DNA from: Aquificaceae bacterium
GTDB taxonomy: Bacteria > Aquificota > Aquificia > Aquificales > Aquificaceae
Reading direction: 5' to 3'
DNA length: 64,000 nucleotides
NCBI GenBank assembly: GCA_037925075.1
Contig: JAXSNR010000001.1
Span: 672,001-736,000, forward strand
The position numbers and the translations under genes were made by a program. The notes under the pieces are model-generated. The model ran no database searches. It saw only the letters and a program-made list of their open reading frames with translations, and was not told where the DNA came from. This document shows, piece by piece, positions 57,046 to 64,000 of the stretch (position 1 is the first letter of the stretch; every line of letters begins with the position of its first letter).

Positions 57046-57434
57046 CTTATGGTCATTTCCACCTCATACAGCCCCTGTCCCGTGTTGTCCACGGATATGA
57101 ACTTTCTAATCTCAACGCCCGAACTTTCCAAAGAATATACAAGCTTTGGGAGGTTTTCGCCTCTTAGGTTTCTTGCCTTTACCTCATAGCCTACATCCAC
57201 CTGTTTAAAGGACACAAAGTCAGCCCCCACCTCTGATAGCTTTTGCCTTACAAAGCCCTCATCTATTGTAGCCTTCTGTCTTGTCTGATAGTTCTTTAAA
57301 AGTAGCATAACCTCCTTGTACCGTAGGTATTCCGCATAGTAGTTGTCCCTTAGCCTGTAGTAGTGGTCAAGAAGAAGGGCAAGGAGCAAAAAGGTCAGCA
57401 AGAAAAGTATAAGGTTTATCCTACTTGCACTCAT
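57042..57434 (-). CDS. Type II secretion protein M-like
   Basis: Single TM plus ferredoxin-like periplasmic domain; position between gspL-like and gspK. Confidence 0.55.
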   Translation of the reverse strand: MSASRINLILFLLTFLLLALLLDHYYRLRDNYYAEYLRYKEVMLLLKNYQTRQKATIDEGFVRQKLSEVGADFVSFKQVDVGYEVKARNLRGENLPKLVYSLESSGVEIRKFISVDNTGQGLYEVEMTIR

Positions 57435-58588
57435 GGCGTTTTCAGTTCAAACTCCACCTTTCCTGTGGGTGTTTCCTTTGTGGAGAAGAGCTTTAGCCCT
57501 TCGAGGGTTTTTCTTTCAGCCTCCCCCTTTACGGTAAGCCTTCCCTCCGCGTACTCAATGCGGTAAAGCCTCATGCCGGGCTTTAGAGATTCTTGAGCCC
57601 TCAAAAGAAGCTTTGTAAGTTTGTACTCTTCACCGCTTGACACCTTTGCCCTAACCTGCTCATAAAGGGAGATTATGGGTTCTTTTGGGAAGTGCTTTTT
57701 GAACTCTGTCCTCTGTATGTCTCTGAGCTTTTCCACCGAGTAGAGCCTTTGCATGGCAAAGAAGCTAAGGAAAAAGGCGACCGCAACCCCTCCACCCACA
57801 TAGGCAAGCCTTTTCATCTCCTGAGGGCTTAGCTCCCTTTGGGCAAAGTCCGGGTAAGGGTTTTTTAGAACTTCCCTAAGGCACGTACCTAAGCATACCG
57901 CATACTCCGGCTCGCAATAGGTCAATTCCACAGCCTCTGGGAAAAGGCTTTTTAGGCCCCTCATCCTTGAGCCCCCGCCCGTAAGAAGCACCTTATGGTC
58001 TTCAAAGTTGTATCCCGAAAGCCCCAAAATCTCCTCAACCCCCTCTCTTATTTCCTTCGCACTTAGCCCTTCTGACCTCTTTAGCCTTTCCGCACTTTCA
58101 TAGTCCAAAGACCTACCTTCCGCCAACCTCTGGGTGAGATAGTTGCCACCCCTCAGGACAAGCCTAAAGGACCTCAAAAAGCCTTCCCTTATCTCCACAA
58201 AAACCGTCTTTCTCCTCCCCCAGTCTATCACAAAAAGCTCATCACCGTAAAGACTTCCAAGCCTTGCAAGGGCAAAGGGCTCAAGCTCCACCCCTTCGTA
58301 CTGCTCACATCCTCTGCACAGGGCAAGGTAGGCCCTACCTTGGGAAAGCTTGATGTCATACCTTGCGTCCGAAAACCTTTCCTTGACGTACTGCATAAGC
58401 TCTTTGGCCTTTGCCCTTTTACTCTCTTGTGCGTAAGCCTCCACCTTTATGAGGACCCTGTCGGAGGGAATGCATGTTATAAGCCTTCCAGTTTTTTGGG
58501 AGATTTTCCACTCTTTGGAGAGCAAGCTGTATTCAAGGCTTAGACTCTTTTCTCCATCCTTTGCACTTATAACCCTTTTAAGCCACAT
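57431..58588 (-). CDS. Type II secretion protein L-like (actin-like PilM domain + TM + PilN-like)
   Basis: VIDWG...T, GG..LT, AE.LK, LTGGGS, TM, V.GEA. Confidence 0.72.
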   Translation of the reverse strand: MWLKRVISAKDGEKSLSLEYSLLSKEWKISQKTGRLITCIPSDRVLIKVEAYAQESKRAKAKELMQYVKERFSDARYDIKLSQGRAYLALCRGCEQYEGVELEPFALARLGSLYGDELFVIDWGRRKTVFVEIREGFLRSFRLVLRGGNYLTQRLAEGRSLDYESAERLKRSEGLSAKEIREGVEEILGLSGYNFEDHKVLLTGGGSRMRGLKSLFPEAVELTYCEPEYAVCLGTCLREVLKNPYPDFAQRELSPQEMKRLAYVGGGVAVAFFLSFFAMQRLYSVEKLRDIQRTEFKKHFPKEPIISLYEQVRAKVSSGEEYKLTKLLLRAQESLKPGMRLYRIEYAEGRLTVKGEAERKTLEGLKLFSTKETPTGKVEFELKTP

Positions 58589-60005
58589 TTTGGTCCTCTG
58601 TCTTTACCGCCCTTAGAAGCTCCTCCGAAGTGGTTATACCCGCAAGGACTTTCCTTATGCCATCTTCAAGCATGCTCTTAAAGCCCCTTGTCTTGGCAAA
58701 GTTCCTAAGCTCCACCGCATCCTGAGTCCTTAGTATGTACCTTTTTACCTCCTCATCCACTTCCAAAACCTCGTATATGCCAGTCCTTCCCCTGTAGCCA
58801 GTTCCCATGCAATGCTCACAGCCCCTGCCACGATAAAAGGTGTATTCACCAGAAAGGCCAAGCTCCGAAAGCTCTTCCTGTGTGGGCTTATAGGGTTCTT
58901 TACAATGCGAACATATTTTACGCACAAGCCTTTGGGCTATAATACCTTCAAGGGCTGAAGCAATAAGAAAGGGCTCTATCCCAAGGTCAAAAAGCCTTGT
59001 GATGGCGGAGGGTGCGTCGTTTGTATGCAAGGTGGAAAGCACCAAGTGTCCCGTCAGGGCGGATTGCACCGCTATCTGTGCGGTTTCTGAGTCCCTTATC
59101 TCCCCCACCATGATCACATCTGGGTCTTGTCTGAGGATGGCTCTGAGCCCTGTCGCAAAGGTAAGCCCCACCTTTGGGTTTACCTGTATCTGGCTTACGC
59201 CCTCTATCTGGTATTCTGGCGGGTCTTCTATGGTGATAATGTTTCTCTTTGGGCTTTTTATCTCAAGGATCATGGCATAAAGGGTGGTGCTTTTGCCCGC
59301 ACCGGTGGGTCCTGTGGCAAGCACAATGCCGTAGGGTTTTTGAGAAAGTCTTCTGAGCTTTGTAAGGTCTTCTTCCCAAAGGCCCAAGTCCTCAAGCCTT
59401 AGGATTTTTCCACCCTTTTCTAAAAGCCTGAGAACCACCCTTTCACCAAAGACGGTGGGCACCACCGAAACCCTTATGTCAAGGTGCCTTGTGCCTACCC
59501 TTACAGCTATCTTTCCATCTTGCGGGACCCTTCTTTCCGCCACATTGAGGTTTGAAAGTACCTTTATACGAGATACCACCTGCTCATGCAAGGAAAGGGG
59601 TATGCGCGTGTATTCGTGAAGGATTCCGTCAAGCCTTATCCTTACCAAAGCCTGCCCTTCGTAGGGCTCTATATGTATATCAGACGCCCCCACATTTACC
59701 GCCTTAATAAGCACCTGATTTACAAAGCTTACTGCCGGGCTTGTCTCTTCCTCATAGAGGATATCCTTTATTTCCGAAGACTCTCCCTCTTCTCCTTCAA
59801 TCTGCACCTCCTCCTGAGCCAAAGCTTCCTGTAGCCTTTGGGCAAAATCCTCCTCTGGCACAAAAACGGGTATGACCTCCTTTCCAAGAGAAAAGCGAAG
59901 CTCTTCAAGGACGGATGGGTCCAAACCCTTTGGTGCCAATACCTTCAAAAAGTCTTCTCCCTCTTCAAGGGGCACAAGCCTGTATTCTTTTAGCACCTTA
60001 GCCAT
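58578..60005 (-). CDS. gspE: Type II secretion ATPase E
   Basis: ASDIHIEP, GPTGAGKST, TIEDP, LRQDPD..MVGEIRD, CSHC/CEHC. Confidence 0.93.
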   Translation of the reverse strand: MAKVLKEYRLVPLEEGEDFLKVLAPKGLDPSVLEELRFSLGKEVIPVFVPEEDFAQRLQEALAQEEVQIEGEEGESSEIKDILYEEETSPAVSFVNQVLIKAVNVGASDIHIEPYEGQALVRIRLDGILHEYTRIPLSLHEQVVSRIKVLSNLNVAERRVPQDGKIAVRVGTRHLDIRVSVVPTVFGERVVLRLLEKGGKILRLEDLGLWEEDLTKLRRLSQKPYGIVLATGPTGAGKSTTLYAMILEIKSPKRNIITIEDPPEYQIEGVSQIQVNPKVGLTFATGLRAILRQDPDVIMVGEIRDSETAQIAVQSALTGHLVLSTLHTNDAPSAITRLFDLGIEPFLIASALEGIIAQRLVRKICSHCKEPYKPTQEELSELGLSGEYTFYRGRGCEHCMGTGYRGRTGIYEVLEVDEEVKRYILRTQDAVELRNFAKTRGFKSMLEDGIRKVLAGITTSEELLRAVKTEDQNVA

Positions 60006-60028
60006 GCTTGGTATAATTTTACACCACC

Positions 60029-61900
60029 ATGTGGCTTATAGTACTCTTTCTTCTTGGCATTGCCTTTTCTGGGGAGGTAAAGGTCCTCTACGAAGATGGC
60101 AGGGTAGGTGTAGTTTCCGAAAAAGCCCTCAAAAGCCTCAAGTCTCGGGTTTTGTATGTGGAAAAGCCAAAAAGGCTGTGGCTCAAGGATGAGATACTCA
60201 GAAGCTCCGCCGTAGGTGTATGGGTCAGTGGTCAGTATAAGGCTTCTCTTCCCGTAAGTGCAGGACAGAGAATAGGGTTTTCTTCCATAAACACCCAGCT
60301 AAGCTTTTCTGGTCCATGCACCCAGTCTGGAAGTCTCTTGGTATGTACCTCCGATGGAACTCTGAACATAACCGCCAGCTCCTCCAACGGAAATTTTGCC
60401 CTGTGGAGCGAGACCCATGCCCTTAGCCTTCTTCCAAATGCTTACTGGCTTGGCACATCCGCAAGGCTTTCGGGGGGAACTGGGAGTGGTGTGCTTGTCG
60501 CCGTGGTGGACTCGGGCATAGACCTTTGCCATCCTGAGTTTGAGGACAGGATAGTGCTTTTTTATGATGCGGTCACGGGTCAGGAGTTTGACCAAAACAC
60601 CATAAGACAGAAAAGACAAAACGGGGACTGTGATTATGACTATGTAGGACACGGCACCGCTGTGGCAAGCGTGCTGGCTGGCAGAAACGGAATAGCACCC
60701 GATGCAAGCATGGTGGTGGTGAGGGTAGCAGACCCCTCGGGTGTTATTTATGATACAACGCTTATACGAGCCTTACAATATCTTAAAAACAAGCAATCAC
60801 AGCTTGGAAGGCCCATGGTGGTAAACCTTTCCCTTGGAAACACCCTTGGGCCGGCGGACGGCACGTACCTTCTTGACCTTGCCATAGACCAGCTATCGGG
60901 CAGTGGTTTTGTGGTGGTGGTTGCCAACGGCAACGAGGGAGACCTTCCCATAAGGGCGGTCATTGAAAATGCAAGTTCTGTAAGCATTCCTGTAAGTCTT
61001 ACCAGTGATCTTCCCTTTGAGCTTTGGTACGGAGGAAACTCCTCCTACAGGGTGGAGCTTTGCGACAGTCAAAACCGATGCGCGGTATCACAAAAGGACT
61101 CGCAGGTAAGCGGAAATCTTCCATGCGTGAGCTATGTGGAACACAGAAGCTACCCCCTGAACGGAAAGGTTTATGCAAGCTTTGACCACAGCTGTGGTGG
61201 TAGCTACACCCTTAGGCTTTCCCTTGCCTCTGGCTCACCATCAAGGGTGGACCTCTTTGGGGGCTTTGAGGGCAACTCCTTTGGTGCCTATACAGTGCCA
61301 GACGGACAAGGGGGATATCTCTACACGGTAGGCCAGCCAGCAACCGCAAGAAGGACAATAGGGGTAGGGGCTATAAATTTAAGGTCCTCTAACGGTCTTG
61401 GTATGCTTGCCTTTTTCTCCTCACGCGGTCCAACCGCTGACGGCAGGACAAAGCCAGAGATAGTGGTAGGGGGTGCATGGGTTTATGTGGCCACCGAAGG
61501 TGGAGGCTATGATTACAAACGAGGCACCTCCATTTCCTCACCCGCGGTCGCGGGCCTTGTAGCCCTTATGCTCCAAGCCAACCCATCCCTTACACCAGAA
61601 CAGGCTAAGGAGCTTCTCTGTCAAAACGCCCTAAAGGACGGTGCTGTTGGTAGCACACCCAACAACCTCTACGGCTGTGGAAAAGCCCATGCGGTAGCCC
61701 TAAGTGCCAATAATCCGCCACCCACAGAAAACTCAACCAACCCACCACCCACTATAAACCTGCCACCACCCACAGAAAGCCCCTCCTCAGGTGGTGGTGG
61801 TGGTTGCAGTACAGGCTCATCCACCTATCTGTGGTCTTATGCCCTTTTTGTAGTGCTTTTACTTCTTAGGAGGTTCAAGGGCAAGCTTGACCGCATGTAA
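60029..61900 (+). CDS. Secreted S8 subtilase with Pro/Thr linker and C-terminal GlyGly-Cys-TM-basic sorting signal
   Basis: Signal peptide; VDSG, GHGT, ANGN, GTSISSP; ends SSGGGGGCSTGSSTYLWSYALFVVLLLLRRFKGK. Confidence 0.9.
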   Translation: MWLIVLFLLGIAFSGEVKVLYEDGRVGVVSEKALKSLKSRVLYVEKPKRLWLKDEILRSSAVGVWVSGQYKASLPVSAGQRIGFSSINTQLSFSGPCTQSGSLLVCTSDGTLNITASSSNGNFALWSETHALSLLPNAYWLGTSARLSGGTGSGVLVAVVDSGIDLCHPEFEDRIVLFYDAVTGQEFDQNTIRQKRQNGDCDYDYVGHGTAVASVLAGRNGIAPDASMVVVRVADPSGVIYDTTLIRALQYLKNKQSQLGRPMVVNLSLGNTLGPADGTYLLDLAIDQLSGSGFVVVVANGNEGDLPIRAVIENASSVSIPVSLTSDLPFELWYGGNSSYRVELCDSQNRCAVSQKDSQVSGNLPCVSYVEHRSYPLNGKVYASFDHSCGGSYTLRLSLASGSPSRVDLFGGFEGNSFGAYTVPDGQGGYLYTVGQPATARRTIGVGAINLRSSNGLGMLAFFSSRGPTADGRTKPEIVVGGAWVYVATEGGGYDYKRGTSISSPAVAGLVALMLQANPSLTPEQAKELLCQNALKDGAVGSTPNNLYGCGKAHAVALSANNPPPTENSTNPPPTINLPPPTESPSSGGGGGCSTGSSTYLWSYALFVVLLLLRRFKGKLDRM

Positions 61901-62914
61901 GGCGCTTGAAAAGGAGGTGCCAGAAAATACCCTTTCCACACCACCCACACCCAAAGCCCTGACCCTGTATGGCTCTCTTGGGTAGCCCTCGCACAACCCC
62001 TTTGGAAAGCATGGGTCTCCCGCCACCTTTAGGACCTCTGGGTGCCTTGCGGGAAAGGGAAGAACCTTTGAGGGCTCGTTGCCCACCGGTGCCACCACCA
62101 AAAAGCCAAGCTTGGATATGCCAGAGATGATAAGGCTTGCCAGCCTGTCCTCTCCGTACATACCAAAGGGCGTGTTTATGACCCTTACCCCATCCCTTAC
62201 ACACTCCACCAAAGCTTTGGCAAAGGCAAAGGAGGTGCACCTGTTTTCGGAGCATACCCTATGAAGATAAACCATCCCACCCCTTGAACCCACAAGGTAT
62301 GCGTTGGCTGTGCCGTGGTCCTCCGGAAGGTAGGGGCTTTTTAGGTGGTTTTCTACCCTTAGTAGAAAGCTCCCCACAGCCTTTTGGTCTGCACCCGTAT
62401 CAAGAAGGCAAAGGCTCGCACCACCTCCTTTTGGTTGAAGCTTTTCAAAGCCCACCTGTGCGTAGCCCTCACCAAAAAGCTCGTATAGGAAGTTGGGCTG
62501 GACAAAAAGAACCCTGTCGCCAAGGCTTTCTTCCAGCTCCCTTTGGCTCTTTTCCCACCTAACAAGAGAAAAGCTGATATCTTCAAACACACCCCTATCT
62601 ATTACCTCAAGCCCCTCCAAAAGCCCCCTATGGACCACTATAAACTCAAAGGGTACAAAGGCTGGCATTCTCTGACCCTTTTCAGCCTTGCCCTCCGTGG
62701 GTTTGGCGGGTGCCATCTTTGAAAAGATAAGGCTAAGGATAAGAGTGCCCAGTACCGTACCCAGCACCGCACCCACGCCAGTACCACCCCCACCACCGCC
62801 ACTCTGAGGGGGTTGAGGGGTGGGTTGTTCCTGCCTTTGACCAGGGATGGGAACTATCACCGTCTGAGAAAACCCAAAGGAAAAACACACCAAAAGGCTC
62901 AAAAGCCACCTCAT
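61859..62914 (-). CDS. Compact S8-like peptidase with N-terminal poly-Gly + TM segment
   Basis: Signal peptide, SGGGGGG-TM, VQPNFLY, LLDTG, DHGT, VGN, SGTSFS. Confidence 0.75.
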   Translation of the reverse strand: MRWLLSLLVCFSFGFSQTVIVPIPGQRQEQPTPQPPQSGGGGGGTGVGAVLGTVLGTLILSLIFSKMAPAKPTEGKAEKGQRMPAFVPFEFIVVHRGLLEGLEVIDRGVFEDISFSLVRWEKSQRELEESLGDRVLFVQPNFLYELFGEGYAQVGFEKLQPKGGGASLCLLDTGADQKAVGSFLLRVENHLKSPYLPEDHGTANAYLVGSRGGMVYLHRVCSENRCTSFAFAKALVECVRDGVRVINTPFGMYGEDRLASLIISGISKLGFLVVAPVGNEPSKVLPFPARHPEVLKVAGDPCFPKGLCEGYPREPYRVRALGVGGVERVFSGTSFSSALHAVKLALEPPKK

Positions 62915-62980
62915 AGCTTAAAGTATAAACCTTTTGGGGTTAAATAGCCACATACATAAAGAGAGGTAAAATAATGAAAC

Positions 62981-63508
62981 ATGGAGGAGCTTATAAGAGC
63001 CATAGCCAGGGGCGAAGAAAAGGCCCTGAGGGAGCTTATAAGAAGGATGCAGGGAAGGGTGTATGCCTACTGCTACTCTCTCGTGGGCTGTCAGGAGGAT
63101 GCGGAGGAGCTCACCTCGGAGGTTTTCTTTCAGGTGTGGAGGTCCGCCAAGAAGTTCAGGGGGGATTCAAAGGCGACCACATGGATATTTGGCATAGCCA
63201 GAAACCTTTGCTTGAACCATCTTCGGAAAAGGAAGATCCAGTTTATGGAGCTTTTGGAGGCCGATGCGGTCTGCGAGCCGGAGGAGGAGCCAGAGTGCGA
63301 CCCAGAGCTGATAAAGAGAGCCATGGAAAGGCTAAGCCCCCTTCACAGGGAGGTGCTTTACCTTGCCTACTACGAGGAGCTTCCCTATTCAAGTATAGGG
63401 GAATTGTTGGGAATTCCAGAAAGCACGGTAAAGACCCGGGTTTTCAACGCAAAGAGAAGATTAAGGGAGATTATAGAAAATGAAGCGAGCAATAAAGGAA
63501 TATTATAG
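62981..63508 (+). CDS. ECF sigma factor
   Basis: DAEEL..EVF..VW, TWIF.IARN, G.PE.TVKTR..NA. Confidence 0.93.
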   Translation: MEELIRAIARGEEKALRELIRRMQGRVYAYCYSLVGCQEDAEELTSEVFFQVWRSAKKFRGDSKATTWIFGIARNLCLNHLRKRKIQFMELLEADAVCEPEEEPECDPELIKRAMERLSPLHREVLYLAYYEELPYSSIGELLGIPESTVKTRVFNAKRRLREIIENEASNKGIL

Positions 63509-63854
63509 GGAAAAAGCACTGAAAAAAGACATAGAGACAGAGGCGATTTTGCGGATAAGAGAACACAGACTAAAAATATGGAAGTTGCTTTCTTTTGCCC
63601 TCCTTAGCCTTAACTTTTCCCTTATGACCTTTTTATTCGTGAACCTAACAAAAACTGAATACGAAACCATGTCCGGTGGTTACGAGGTGCATATACGGGA
63701 CGATGTTAGCTTTTCTCAGTTAGACCAGTTTTTGAGAAGACACAACCTATTTATAAAGGGACCTACACCGGAGGGCACATACCTTATAGAAGGTGCAAGC
63801 TCGGATACCATAAAAGCTATAGAAAAGTCAAACATCTTTAGACCAAAGGATTAA
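63480..63854 (+). CDS. Putative membrane anti-sigma factor
   Basis: Overlaps ECF stop; short basic N-terminus, one TM, extracytoplasmic domain YETMS..L....I.GP...G.Y. Confidence 0.6.
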   Translation: MKRAIKEYYREKALKKDIETEAILRIREHRLKIWKLLSFALLSLNFSLMTFLFVNLTKTEYETMSGGYEVHIRDDVSFSQLDQFLRRHNLFIKGPTPEGTYLIEGASSDTIKAIEKSNIFRPKD

Positions 63855-64000
63855 AATTTAATAACATAAATAAGAGGTTTGGGAACAAAGCAGTAGGCGG
63901 GTTTGTGCAATGAAGGAAGGGCACATTACAAAGCTTGTAAGCAAGGTGGAATTTTACCGCGAAAGGGAAAAGGTAAGGACCAGCATAGGCCACAAGGGAG

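Noticed and set aside
578..63324. Numerous 60-180 aa antisense or alternative-frame ORFs in the track
   Set aside because: All lie within well-supported genes and lack motifs or initiation signals
62974..63483. 169-aa alternative-frame ORF over the ECF sigma gene
   Set aside because: No recognisable motifs; shadow of the sigma factor
63910..64000. ORF start MKEGHITKLVSKVEFYRE... running off the window
   Set aside because: Only 30 codons visible and no convincing SD; cannot be supported

Overview
Gene-dense chromosomal segment from a thermophilic bacterium, most likely Aquificaceae (Hydrogenobacter/Thermocrinis/Aquifex-like). This is inferred from the split carB, the pheT-6S RNA-ygfA order, AGG/AGA/ATA-rich codon usage and pervasive gene overlaps. 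It contains a selenocysteine formate dehydrogenase-N operon (fdnG with in-frame UGA at codon 196 and a canonical SECIS, fdnH, fdnI, sodC, fdhE, an LbpA/GcvH-like protein with a twin-arginine-like leader, tRNA-Sec). It also carries selBA, modABC with an XRE-PBP regulator, mobB, thrS, pheT, minCDE, ftsW, tRNA-Asn, a rubrerythrin/Fe-S oxidoreductase pair, a degraded MNT-HEPN module, 6S RNA, rny, mutS, carB2, sbcDC, three tandem DUF29 genes, an M16 peptidase pair, fliA, hemerythrin, a partial T2SS (gspE/L/M/K) ending in a CPBP intramembrane protease, two subtilases and an ECF sigma/anti-sigma pair. Best candidates for undescribed biology: (1) a T2SS + CPBP protease + Gly-Gly-Cys-TM-basic C-terminal sorting system with an adjacent subtilase cargo; (2) a possibly Tat-exported lipoyl-carrier protein in the FDH operon; (3) widespread leaderless genes, including a symmetric bidirectional -10 element; (4) a mosaic DUF29 array with conserved ends and variable centres. 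No CRISPR array, rRNA or IS element was seen. All calls come from reading motifs by eye; no database searches were run.
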